A stretch of 64,000 nt of DNA. Source: an uncultured Gemmatimonadales bacterium (lineage in GTDB: Bacteria > Gemmatimonadota > Gemmatimonadetes > Longimicrobiales > RSA9). Below are positions 38,175 to 47,733 of the stretch, one piece after another. How positions within the stretch are numbered: the stretch's first letter is position 1; every line of letters starts with the position of its first letter. The stretch spans positions 1,056,001-1,120,000 of the forward strand of contig OY970192.1 in NCBI GenBank assembly GCA_963708135.1. The letters run 5' to 3'. Made by a program: the position numbers and the translations under genes. The notes below the pieces were generated by a model. It did not search any database. It was not told the DNA's origin and saw nothing but the letters and a program-made list of their open reading frames with translations.

Positions 38175-39076
38175 ATGTTCAAGTCGATCCTGGTTCCGGT
38201 GGACGGCTCGGCGGCGAGCGAGCAGGCGCTCCCCGCGGCGCGGGCCGTGGCCCGACGGACCGGCGGGAAGGTGGAGCTGCTGCTGGTGCACCAGGCCTCG
38301 CTTCCGGTGCTGCAATATCAGAACGTGCCGGTTCCCGACGCGGACCTGGACCGCGACGTCCGGGTCTCACGCGTGGAGTACCTCCGCAGCCTCGCCGGCG
38401 CTCTGGAGGGGCAGATCGACGTGAGGGCCACCGTGCTCGATGGCGACGACGTGGCCGAGGCGATCGCCGAGCGCGCCAACGCCGGCGCGGACCTCATCGT
38501 CATGACGACACACGGCAGGCGGGGGCTCCGGCGCGCGCTGCTCGGCAGCGTCGCGGAGCACGTGGTGCGGCACGCGCGCGTGCCGGTCCTGCTCCTGCGG
38601 CCGCGCCGGGGCGGGGCGCCGCCGATGCACATCCCGCCCTACGAGCACGTGCTGCTCCCGCTCGACGGCTCGCCCCTGGACGGACCGACCCTGGATGCGG
38701 CGCTCGCGCTGGCCGAGCCCGGCTGCAAGGTGACGTGCTCCACGTATTGGTGCCGGTCACGCTCTTCACGGGACCGCCTGACGCGGGGATCCTGCTCGAG
38801 GCGCACCAGGTGCAGCGCACCGACGCAGGCCGCTACCTGAAAGAAATCGCCGAGACGCTCGAGGGGCGCGGGCTGGACGTGGAAGCGCGCGTGCACGAGG
38901 CGGCGAGCCCGGCCGCGGCGATCACCACGACGGCGCGGGCGCTCGGCGTGGACCTGATCACGATGGGAACGCGGGGCCGCGGCGGGGCCGAGCGGCTGCT
39001 GCTCGGGAGCGTGGCGGAGCGGGTGGCGCGCACGTCGCTGGTGCCGGTGCTGCTCAGGCCGCCCGCGGCGGGGTGA
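38175..39076 (+). pseudogene. Tandem universal stress protein with a 1-nt frameshift at about 38735
   Basis: MFKSILVPVDGS, MTTHGRRG..LGSVAE, second domain LLPLDGS..MGTRGRGG..LGSVAE. Adding one C gives VTLLHV. Confidence 0.8.
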
Positions 39077-39132
39077 GCGGGGGCTCGGGGGTCGGGGCTC
39101 GGGGTGCTGCCGAGCCTGCCTTCTGCGCGGAG

Positions 39133-39636
39133 TCAGACGTCGAAGATCACCCGCGCGCGCCAGCCGTCCTCGCCCGGCTCGACCGATAGGGCGTGGTAGG
39201 TGACGCCCTTGATCTCGCGCACGGGCGGCCGCGGGTCGGGGTCGCCGCGCACGTCGGCCACGAGGCGGCGCCCCTCCAGCACGCGGAACCGCGCGCCGCC
39301 GTAGAGGAAGCCGTCCGACTGGTGCAGGTAGAGGACCTCGCGCAGCCATGCCGCCAGCAGGAGGGCGGGCTCCGAGGCCTCCAGCGCGATGTGGTGCTCG
39401 GCGGGCGGGAGCGGGAAGAAGGCGAAGACGTCGTCCACGGGAGCGTCCGCATCGGAGGCGCGCGCCCGGCGGGACACGAGCTCCGGCGGCGGCACGGGCT
39501 CATCCTCGCCGCGCACGAGGGCCATCATGCCCCGGGCGGCGCAGTTGAAGAGGTCGGCCAGGGTACCCGCCTTCACGATGAAGCCGACATCGGCCGTGTG
39601 GTCGAGCAGCGTGACACAGGGGGGAAGTTCCGCCAT
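39133..39636 (-). CDS. Archease
   Basis: DHTADVG, IKGVTYH, C-terminal VIFDV. Confidence 0.9.
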   Translation of the reverse strand: MAELPPCVTLLDHTADVGFIVKAGTLADLFNCAARGMMALVRGEDEPVPPPELVSRRARASDADAPVDDVFAFFPLPPAEHHIALEASEPALLLAAWLREVLYLHQSDGFLYGGARFRVLEGRRLVADVRGDPDPRPPVREIKGVTYHALSVEPGEDGWRARVIFDV

Positions 39637-39761
39637 CGGACCTCCGCGGGGAGTGCGGGCGGTGGCCGGGCGGGGCCGATCGGCGGCGCCCGCGCCGGGA
39701 GCTTCGCCGGAAAGTTAGCTCCGTCTCTCGCAGCGCGAAACCGACCGCCCCGTGGCGTGGA

Positions 39762-41162
39762 TCAGAGCGGGACGATCTTGCCGGGGTTCAGGATGTCCCG
39801 CGGGTCGAGCGCGCGCTTGATCGTGGCCATGACGGCCAGCGCCGCGCCGTGCTCGAGCGGCAGGTAGCGCATCTTGCCGAGGCCCACGCCGTGCTCGCCG
39901 GTGCAGGTGCCGTCCATGGCCAGCGCGCGCTCGACCAGGCGGCCGTTCAGCGCCTCGGCCTCGGCGAGCTCCTCCGGCCGGTCGGGGTCGATGAGGAAGA
40001 CCAGGTGGAAGTTGCCGTCGCCGGCGTGGCCGACCAGGCCGACCTGGAGCGAGCCGCGCTCGAGGTCCGCGCGCGTCTCGCGGATGCACTCGGCCAGCCG
40101 GGAGAGGGGCACGCACACGTCCGTGGTCCAGCCGCGCGAGCCGGGACGCAGGGCGAGCGTGGCCGGGTAGACGTCGTGGCGCGCCTTCCAGAGCCGCTGC
40201 CGGTCCTCGGCCGCCGTGGCGAAGGCGAAGGCGCCGCCGCCGTTCTCAGCGGCCAGGGCTTCCACCGCGCGCGCCTGCTCCCGCACCTCGGCGGGCGCGC
40301 CGTGGAACTCGAAGAAGAGCGTGGGTGCGGCCGCGTAGTCGAGGCCGGAATAGCGGCGGACGGCGTCCATGGTGACGGCGTCGAGCACCTCGACGCGCGC
40401 CACCGGGACGCTCGCCTGCATCGTCGCGATGACGGTGTCCACGGCCGCATCGAGCGAGGGGAAGGCGCACACGGCCGCGGCGACCGCCTCCGGGACCGGA
40501 TGCAGGCGGAGCGTGAGGCGGGTGATCACGCCGAGGGTGCCCTCGGAGCCGATGAAGAGGTGGGTCAGATCGTAGCCGGCGGACGACTTGCGGGCGCGGC
40601 CCGCGGTCTCGATCACGCGGCCGTCCGCGAGCACGACCTCGAGCGAGAGCACGTTCTGGCGCATGGCGCCGTAGCGGACGGTGGTGGTGCCGGACGCGCC
40701 CGTGGCGGCCATGCCGCCAAGCGTCGCATCGGCACCCGGATCGACGGGGAAGAAGAGCCCGCTGCCGCGCAGCTCGCGCTCGAGCTGGAGGCGGGTGACC
40801 CCCGGCTCCACCGTGACGTCCATGTCCTCGGCGGAGACGCGCAGCACCCGGTTCATCTTCCGGGTGTCGAGGCTCACGCCGCCGCGGACCGGGATCACGT
40901 GGCCCTCGAGCGACGTGCCGGCGCCGAAGGGGATCAGCGGCACCCCGCGGCGGGCGCAGATGCGGACGATCTCCGCCACCTCGTCCGTCGAGCGGGGGAA
41001 GGCGACGGCGTCCGCCGGGCGCGCCCGGTGGTAGGACTCGTCCTTCCCGTGCAGCGCGCGCTCATCGGCGGAGAGCGAGAGGCGCTCGGCGAGGAGAGCC
41101 TGCAGGTCGCGGATGGCCGCAGCGAGGGCGGCGGGATCGGGGGCGGGGGCGGGGGGAGGCAT
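39762..41162 (-). CDS. FAD-linked oxidase (D-lactate dehydrogenase/GlcD-like)
   Basis: PFGAGTSLEGH, FPVDPG, GSEGTLG, GHAGDGNFH, GEHGVG, NPGK. Confidence 0.92.
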   Translation of the reverse strand: MPPPAPAPDPAALAAAIRDLQALLAERLSLSADERALHGKDESYHRARPADAVAFPRSTDEVAEIVRICARRGVPLIPFGAGTSLEGHVIPVRGGVSLDTRKMNRVLRVSAEDMDVTVEPGVTRLQLERELRGSGLFFPVDPGADATLGGMAATGASGTTTVRYGAMRQNVLSLEVVLADGRVIETAGRARKSSAGYDLTHLFIGSEGTLGVITRLTLRLHPVPEAVAAAVCAFPSLDAAVDTVIATMQASVPVARVEVLDAVTMDAVRRYSGLDYAAAPTLFFEFHGAPAEVREQARAVEALAAENGGGAFAFATAAEDRQRLWKARHDVYPATLALRPGSRGWTTDVCVPLSRLAECIRETRADLERGSLQVGLVGHAGDGNFHLVFLIDPDRPEELAEAEALNGRLVERALAMDGTCTGEHGVGLGKMRYLPLEHGAALAVMATIKRALDPRDILNPGKIVPL

Positions 41163-41192
41163 TTGGTTTGGTCTTGGTTTTGGTTTTGGTTT
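41162..41192 (-). repeat. (CCAAAA)n-type microsatellite
   Basis: TTTGGT-like tandem units fill the lutC-glcD spacer. Confidence 0.7.
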
Positions 41193-41785
41193 CAAACTGG
41201 ACGCTGGAGCAGTGTGTCCGGGACGAATGCGGCGATGAGGCGGCCGGGGCCGTGGACGCCGTGGACGAGGGTGCCCGCGATGTCGGCGGACTTGCTGGGG
41301 CCGCTGTGCAGGGCAAGGGCGGCGCCGCGGTCGGAGCTGGTGAGGGCCAGGGCCTCGGCCAGCGTGGGGACCAGGAGCGAGTCCGGAACCAGGACGAGGT
41401 GGGTCGGCGCGAGCAGCTGGAGGCGGCGGCCTTCGCGGCTGTCGAGGAGGAGCGACCCGGTCTCGGCCACGGCGCAGCGGGCGAGGGAGATGGCGAGGTC
41501 GGCGCGCTCCGGCGGCGCCGGCTCGAGCGGGGGCCGCAGCGCCGGGGGCACGGCGGCGGCGATGGCGGCGGTGCGGCACCCGGGCGCGAGGCGGGCGGCG
41601 AGGGCCGCGGCCTCCTCGGCGGTCGCCGCGCGGACCACCTCGCCCCCGGCGGCGGTGAAGCGCGCGGCGAAGGCGGCGCGGGCATCGTCGCCCGACAGGG
41701 CATCGGCGCCGAGCGGGCCCGGGTGGGGCACGGGCGAGTGCGCGCGGGCGGCCTCGCGGACGCGAGCGAGGATGTGGTCCCTCAC
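41192..41785 (-). CDS. lutC: Lactate utilization protein C (LUD domain)
   Basis: AVAETGSL, GRRLQLLAPTH, SGPSKSADI, GVHGP. Confidence 0.85.
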   Translation of the reverse strand: MRDHILARVREAARAHSPVPHPGPLGADALSGDDARAAFAARFTAAGGEVVRAATAEEAAALAARLAPGCRTAAIAAAVPPALRPPLEPAPPERADLAISLARCAVAETGSLLLDSREGRRLQLLAPTHLVLVPDSLLVPTLAEALALTSSDRGAALALHSGPSKSADIAGTLVHGVHGPGRLIAAFVPDTLLQRPV

Positions 41786-42155
41786 CGGATGCCGTCCTGC
41801 CAGAGGCGATGGAACGGCTTCGGGCTGGGCTCGAGCCCGGCGCGCGGGCCGGACCAGCCGCGGACGACGGGGAGCAGGTCGCCGTCGAGGACGGCCGCGG
41901 GCAGCGTGCGCAGCGCGGCGGAGGCCAGCCGGTAGAGCGGGGGATTGGTCATGGCGCGCGTGTAGGCGGCCATGGCCACGCGCTCGGCGAGCGGGGGCAG
42001 GCGGGCGTCGCGGGCGCGCTCGCGCCAGAGGTGGAGCAGGCGCGGGATCGGGATGCGGACGGGGCAGGCCTCGGCGCAGGCGCCGCAGAGGGAGGAGGCG
42101 AAGGGCAGCTCGCCCGCGGCCTCGACGCCCGTGAGGCCGGGGGCGAGGATGCTCC
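41782..42155 (-). pseudogene. lutB: lutB C-terminal fragment
   Basis: ELPFASSLCGACAEACPVRIPIPRLL; the 5' part is missing. Confidence 0.85.
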
Positions 42156-42252
42156 ATGGCGGCACGACCCTGGAGTGGGTCGCGCCCGACGTGTTGGCGG
42201 CGCCGTGGTGGGCGGTGGTCTGACCGATACTCTAGCCGCGTCTGGCCAATCC

Positions 42253-42768
42253 CTAATGGTGGCTCTTCTCTTTAGCCGCTTGTGCCATCGCTCCGCGCGC
42301 GCCACGCGAAGGCAGGTACACCTCGACGGTTCTTGCCATGCCAACCCCTCGTACCCATCGAGGCTTCGACTTGAGCAGGCGAATGAGGGTAAACTCAGCT
42401 ACACGTTGCTCAGCAGTCGGAAAGGCCGATTGCCGTGGAGCCGCCGGCGTGGCCCTGAACAAACCGTCAACCTTGGCCGTATCACCAGCAAACTCGCGCA
42501 CCGCGGCTACCCCGAACAGAGCCTGCAAGAGCAGGGTTGGACTAGCGCCGGCGGCGGGAAGCACCAGCACATCAAAGGGCTCGCTACCCGCGCGCCTGAG
42601 GAGCACTGGGCCGCCATCCTGAAATGCAAACGAATCAGGAATGGCCACGGTTACGGGGACTCTTTTCGCAAGTTCGGCCTGCAGGCTGCCGTTGCCTTGC
42701 GCAAGAGCACCCACCGGACAAACTAGCACGAGACAGCTAAGGACGCAAACGTCCAGCGCCAACCGCAT
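42253..42768 (-). CDS. Hypothetical secreted protein (AT-richer island)
   Basis: GAGGAGG SD, signal peptide ending ALA-Q, atypical codon usage. Confidence 0.6.
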   Translation of the reverse strand: MRLALDVCVLSCLVLVCPVGALAQGNGSLQAELAKRVPVTVAIPDSFAFQDGGPVLLRRAGSEPFDVLVLPAAGASPTLLLQALFGVAAVREFAGDTAKVDGLFRATPAAPRQSAFPTAEQRVAEFTLIRLLKSKPRWVRGVGMARTVEVYLPSRGARGAMAQAAKEKSHH

Positions 42769-42778
42769 AAATACCTCC

Positions 42779-43316
42779 TCATTCGCATACGGTGACCGGA
42801 ACCGTTGCCAAGGTAGACCACGTTACGCCACCATCATAACTTACCAGTACAGTATAGTACTCGATGTAACAATAGCTTGGATCACCACCGCCCCCTCCTC
42901 CTGCCAAAAGGCCACCGACAGTGCAACCCATCTCGGGGTCGACAATGAATCCGATGGCGCAGCCAAAGTAAGCCGCGGCACGATTTGCCAAGCAGTTTGC
43001 GTAATCATCCATACACTGCGCGTAGCATATCGCCCGCGACGTGGCACTCGACATCTGGCTGCATTCGGCAATGCACGACTGATATTCGTTATAATTCGTT
43101 ATAGCAGTCCGTAGCATCAAAGTCAGCCAAGTCGAAAACACTCACCGGTCGGCCTGAACGAACGCATGTCGGCGACGGCTGCTGTGCCGCGTCAACCGGA
43201 GGGACCTGGTTGCGCTGAACAGCGACCGGATCCCGACAACCGGTCAGCGAACTTCCGATCGCAGCCGCAAAGAGCGAAGCTCCAAAGAGGCGAACGACCA
43301 AGTCCTTGGTTCTCAT
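42779..43316 (-). pseudogene. Cys-rich lipoprotein (about 175 aa) frameshifted by a 10-bp duplication
   Basis: GGAGG SD, lipobox LTG-C, ATTCGTTATA twice at 43084-43103. Removing one copy fuses the two ORFs. Confidence 0.75.
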
Positions 43317-43380
43317 TCGAACCTCCTGGAAGGGATCCAAAGGTGTCGGCCCCTCGTGGGGCGGTCGGGCAATGCCGCGG

Positions 43381-43677
43381 TCAGGGGCCGAGGCCGATAT
43401 CTTCCATCCCCAACCATGTTAATCGCATACCTGCCCGCTGCGATCGGTCGTGGAGGTGAATTCCGGCCAGTTGTAGCGCGAGCAGCAGAGCCTGTAGCGA
43501 GTCTTCGCCGACCGCAGAGTACACAGCTTCGTCCTGTAGTCCATCAATACGTAGCGCGCACGTCCATCGTCCGGAGGAATCCACCTCTGGCCTAAACAAT
43601 CGCAACGTTATTTCCCTTGTCTCTCCAGTTGCGCTCCTGCCTTCCAGAACGCGCTCAGCTATTACTGACCGGTCCAC
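43381..43677 (-). CDS. Small conserved protein (DUF6968-like)
   Basis: VIAERVL, W.C...I.G, GEDSLQALLLAL; AGGAGGA SD. Confidence 0.65.
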   Translation of the reverse strand: MDRSVIAERVLEGRSATGETREITLRLFRPEVDSSGRWTCALRIDGLQDEAVYSAVGEDSLQALLLALQLAGIHLHDRSQRAGMRLTWLGMEDIGLGP

Positions 43678-44208
43678 AAGTCCTCCTGTGGTTCTCGTAC
43701 GGGGAGTCCTTCGCGTGGTGCTATCAAATCAAGCATCCGGCCAATGATGCGGCGATGCGCTGCAATGGGAGGGTAAGGCAGGGATCTGTTCGCGATGGAC
43801 AGCCTAGATCGGGCACTCCCTCGGCGCGCATCGCCTTGTCCTGGCTGGGGCAGTGTGACCGCGCGAACACGTGAGCCGCAAGAGGTGCGGAATTGGAAAG
43901 CGCGACAATAATTGGTCCGTCTTTGTCCAGGCGCAAGAGTTCTCTCTTAATAACACCCGCGGAATCTGTCTGCACTCTTGCACACATTCGTCCCAGACGA
44001 AGACCTGTGTATGCTGGACGTGATGGAGCTCGTGCGCGCCGAGCTCGAGAAGGCCCCGGACGCGAAGAACGAGGAAGTTATTCGAGAAGGCGTCAAGCTC
44101 GACAAGGCCGTGGCGAAGCCCACGCCCCGCCAGTTCCACGCGCGCTATCCCGTCCAGCCACACCCTCGGTTTCCTGACGCTCTCGGGCGCCGCCCGCGAA
44201 CGGACCGC

Positions 44209-44700
44209 CTACCCCCACCCTTCATCGGCCGTGGGCCCGTACACCGACGGCACCGGGATGTCCAGCAGCCGCAGGTACACGGTCATCTGGCCGCCGTGGT
44301 GCGAGAGGTGGCTGATGTGCTGGCGCACGACCACGCGGCGTGGCACCGTGAAGATGACCTGCCCGTGGTTCTTCAGCGACCAGGCGACGTCGTAATCCTC
44401 GTCCGTCGCCGCCTCGATCGCCGTCCTCGCCGGCGCAACGTTCCCCTCGAAGCCCGCCAGCAGCGTCTCCGTCGTCTCGAACGAGTAGCCGGGCGCGTCC
44501 TCGAAGTCGAGCGCCGGCTCGGTCAGCGTGTTGGCGATCCAGCCCGGCATCCACGGGAGGAGCTGGGCGAGGTGGCCGAGGGCGAAGGATTTCGGGTGGG
44601 GCTTCCACTCCGCCTTCTCGCTCGGCACGCGCTCCAGCACGCGGCGGGTGGCGGCCATCTCCTGGTCGAATCCGGGGAGCAGCTGCTCGGTCATGGTCAT
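44209..44700 (-). CDS. DinB family protein
   Basis: EMAATRRVLERVP, WKPHPKS, HLSHHGGQMTVYLRLLDIPVPSVYGPTAD. Confidence 0.9.
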   Translation of the reverse strand: MTMTEQLLPGFDQEMAATRRVLERVPSEKAEWKPHPKSFALGHLAQLLPWMPGWIANTLTEPALDFEDAPGYSFETTETLLAGFEGNVAPARTAIEAATDEDYDVAWSLKNHGQVIFTVPRRVVVRQHISHLSHHGGQMTVYLRLLDIPVPSVYGPTADEGWG

Positions 44701-45213
44701 GGGCGCCTCGGGGGTTCGGCGTTCGGGGTTTCCAGCGCCTTCCGGTCCCACGCGCCCCGCTCCGCCGCTGCCTCGTAGGTCTGCTGGAGGAAGGCCCCGA
44801 GCAGCGCGTCGGGATCCCCGGCGCCGCGCACCGCGTCGTACGGCAGCAGCCACTCGTGCAGCTCGGGGTGGTAGTACGCGCCGGGGACGGTGAGGGGCCA
44901 CGTCGCATACCCCACGGGCTCGGGGTAGGCGTACGAGTAGAACGCGGCATCGGTCACGAGCCCGCCGCCCGGCCAGAAGCCGGCGCTGCTCACCTCGTGG
45001 GAGTACGCCTCGCGGGCCACCCGGTCGGCCAGGTTGGGCACGCCGCCGGGGTGCTCCGGTGCGGGGCGGCCGGAGAAGCGGGTCACGGCCAGGTCGAAGC
45101 TGCCCCAGAAGAAGTGCACGGGGCTGCACTTGCCGATAAAGCCCGCTCGGAACTCCTGGAAGACCCGGTCGGCCTGCTGCACCGCGCCGAGGAACGCGCG
45201 CGCCCGCTCCGGC
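44697..45213 (-). pseudogene. DUF5996-like protein, 5' truncated
   Basis: GKCSPVHFFWGSFDLAVTRFSGR, EAYSHEVSSAGFWPG, AFYSYAYPEP; the N-terminal half is absent. Confidence 0.75.
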
Positions 45214-45214
45214 T

Positions 45215-45880
45215 GAGAGCCACGCGCGCTGGAGTCCCGACGGGCGCTGGCTGGCGTTCCTCTCTGCCAGGGAACTGGACGGCGCGACGGGCGGCGCGGG
45301 CGGCCCCGCCGCGAAGAAGGACCGCGGCGCGCAGGTGTGGCTGCTCGACCGGCGCGGCGGCGAGGCGGAGCGGCTGACAGACGTGAAGGGCGGCGTCGAG
45401 GATTTCGGCTGGGCGCCGGACGCGCGGCGGCTGGCGATCGTGGCCACCGACGACCCGGATAGCGCGAAGACCGGCGAGCCCGACAGCGTCGCCTCCCGGC
45501 CGAAGCCCATCGTGATCGACCGCTACCTCTTCAAGGATGACGGCCGGGGCTACCTCACCCACGCGCGCAGCCACCTCTTCCTGTCCGACGTCGCGTCGAA
45601 GAAGCTCGAGCGGCTGACCGACGGCGACTTCGACGACGAGGCGCCCGCGTGGAGCCCCGACGGCACGCGCATCGCCTTCGTGAGCAAGCGGGACGCCCTG
45701 CCCGACCCCGACCGGAACGACAACACCGACGTCTTCGTGATCCAGGCGACGCCGGGTGCGACGCCCCGTCGCCTCACGACCTTCGACGGCCCCGATGGCG
45801 GCCCGCTGGCATGGAGCCCGGACGGGACGCGGCTGGCGTTCGTGGAGGGGAGCCCGCCGAGGTTCTACACAACCAGGACT
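45215..45880 (+). pseudogene. Beta-propeller fragment of an S9 peptidase/TolB-like protein
   Basis: Repeated WSPDG (PD40) motifs; no start codon and no catalytic domain. Confidence 0.75.
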
Positions 45881-45999
45881 ACGGCCCGGCGGGCCCCGTC
45901 GAGCCTGAGGGCGGCGGCGGTGACGGACCGGCGGACGGCCGGCGTCTCCTCGAGGATCCGGCGCGCGCGGGCGGCGTAGCCGGGCCGCGGCCCGCTCAC
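45880..45999 (-). pseudogene. lutB: Probable lutB N-terminal fragment
   Basis: GTGA overlap with the lutA stop. YAARARRILEETPAVRRSVTAAALRL resembles the LutB N-terminal helix. Confidence 0.6.
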
Positions 46000-46714
46000 G
46001 CGGCGCTCCCGGCCCGCGCGCGCCAGAGGGCGCTCGCCAGGTGCAGCACGGGCGGCCCGCCGCCACGTCGCGCGATGCGGCCGCCGAGCTGGAGCAGGCA
46101 GCCGCCGTCGGCGGAGACGAGCACGTCCACGGGCGGCAGCGTGTCCAGCTTGCGGTCGGCCATGGCCGCCGAGACCTCCGGCAGCTTGACGGCGAAGAGG
46201 CCGCCGAAGCCGCAGCACTCACGGTCCGCCTCCCAGTCGACCACCGTCGCGCCGGCGGCGCGCAGCAGCACGGGCGCCTCGTCCGCGAGGCCGAGCTCGC
46301 GCAGGGCGTGGCAGCCATGGTGGTAGGCCAGCGTGGTGCCGGCGAGGCCGCTGCCGAGGCGCTCCACGCCGAGCACCTTCACGAGGAACTCCGCCAGCTC
46401 CCAGGTGCGGCCGGCGAGCTCCGTCCAGGGCGACGTCGCCCCCCGAGCTCCGGATAGAAGCAACGCACCATCGCCGCGCAGCTGCCCGACGGCAGCACCA
46501 CGTGATCCGCGCCGTCGAAGACGCGGCGTGTGTGCTCGGCCATGCGCAGCGCCTCTTCGCGGTAGCCCGCGTTGTAGGCCGGCTGCCCGCAGCAGGTCTG
46601 GTCGGGCGGGAAGGCCACATCGACGTCCAGCGAGCGGAGCAGCCGGACGGCGTCCGCCACCGCGTCCGCGAAGAACTGGTCGCCCAGACAGGTGGCGAAG
46701 AGCGCGACCCTCAT
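45996..46714 (-). CDS. lutA: Lactate utilization protein A (CCG-domain Fe-S protein), frameshifted at a 6-nt homopolymer (46439-46444)
   Basis: VALFATC, QTCCGQPAYNAG, PSGSC, YHHGCH, CCGFGGLF, DGGCL. Confidence 0.85.
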
Positions 46715-46814
46715 CGGGACGCCGTCGCTCGCATCATCGGCCGCCGGGGGAGGGGGGAACGATCGGAGGAGAGTACCGGGTGCCGGAGCGGGGCCGCAAG
46801 AGGCGGAAAGGACA

Positions 46815-46846
46815 CCGGCCGGCAGGTCACGACACCTGCCGGCCGG
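46815..46846 (-). terminator. Hairpin, probable terminator
   Basis: 13-bp perfect stem CCGGCCGGCAGGT/ACCTGCCGGCCGG, followed by TGTCCTTT on the minus strand. Confidence 0.6.
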
Positions 46847-46889
46847 CTGTGGGATTGTAGGCGGGATTGGGTGGTGGGGTCCTCCGGCG

Positions 46890-47273
46890 TCAGGCCGTGC
46901 TGGCCAGCGCCGCGTAGTCTCCATCATCGAGCTGGAGGTGCACCCAGCGGCCCGTGCTGCCGCACTCCGGGCAATACACGTAGCTCGAGTCCAGCACCTG
47001 CAGGTCGGTCAGCCGGCCGCACGCATCACAGCCGCCGCGGAACGTCGGCCAACCTTCCTCCCTCATGCCGCTGCGCGCGAGGCGCACCGCCATGAGGATC
47101 TTCTTCTGCCCCAGCATCGGACAGAGCTCACCCGTGCAGCGCTCGCCGTAGTCCAGGCACACCAGCACCGGGCCGTCCGGCAGGTTCGCGTGCCCCTCGT
47201 GAGCGTGGTCCTCCGTCCAGGCGACACGAACCTTCTGGTCGCGCGCGGAACAGTACGCGAGTGTCGTCTCCAT
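46890..47273 (-). CDS. Small Cys-rich putative double metal-binding protein
   Basis: GGAGG SD; eight Cys including CDAC and CPEC. Confidence 0.65.
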   Translation of the reverse strand: METTLAYCSARDQKVRVAWTEDHAHEGHANLPDGPVLVCLDYGERCTGELCPMLGQKKILMAVRLARSGMREEGWPTFRGGCDACGRLTDLQVLDSSYVYCPECGSTGRWVHLQLDDGDYAALASTA

Positions 47274-47733
47274 CGATGCCCTCCAGGGATGTGTCCGGCG
47301 TCGCAGCCCGTACGGGCCCCGTCGTGCCCTTCGGCAACGTCCGGGCCGGATCCCGCGGCCGTCCCGCCAGGCGACGGATTCGCCGCGCCGGCGCGGTCGA
47401 TTCCCCCGATTCCGGCGCCGCGCGGCGGTGTCCCGGCGGGCGGGGGAGAGGGACAGGGCGCGACTTCGACGCGGCGGCGGTCGGACTGTTTGTCCCGTCT
47501 TCTCGACAGGGCCGCGCGGGGGCCGCGGGGCTCGGGGTTCGCGGCCTGGTGCGCGGAAGCAACGGGTCGTGTGGGGAGTTCGACGACAGCGTGCGCGGGC
47601 AATCCCCCGATGGTTTCCACCAACGCCTTACGCCATCGGGCGGTAGCTCGGCCTAGGTTCGGATTCAAGCGTACTGCCGGCCTCACCGGCCCGGGACCGC
47701 GGCCGGCGCCATCCGTCCACGTGGGGGCCACAC

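Noticed and set aside
42230..44000. Prophage or integron cassette origin for the AT-richer island
   Set aside because: No integrase, phage gene or convincing attC/att repeat is visible.
43700..44200. ORFs 43724-43987, 43804-44163 and the start of 43978-44778
   Set aside because: No recognisable motifs and conflicting frames. There may be a gene remnant near 44000-44165, but I cannot support a call.
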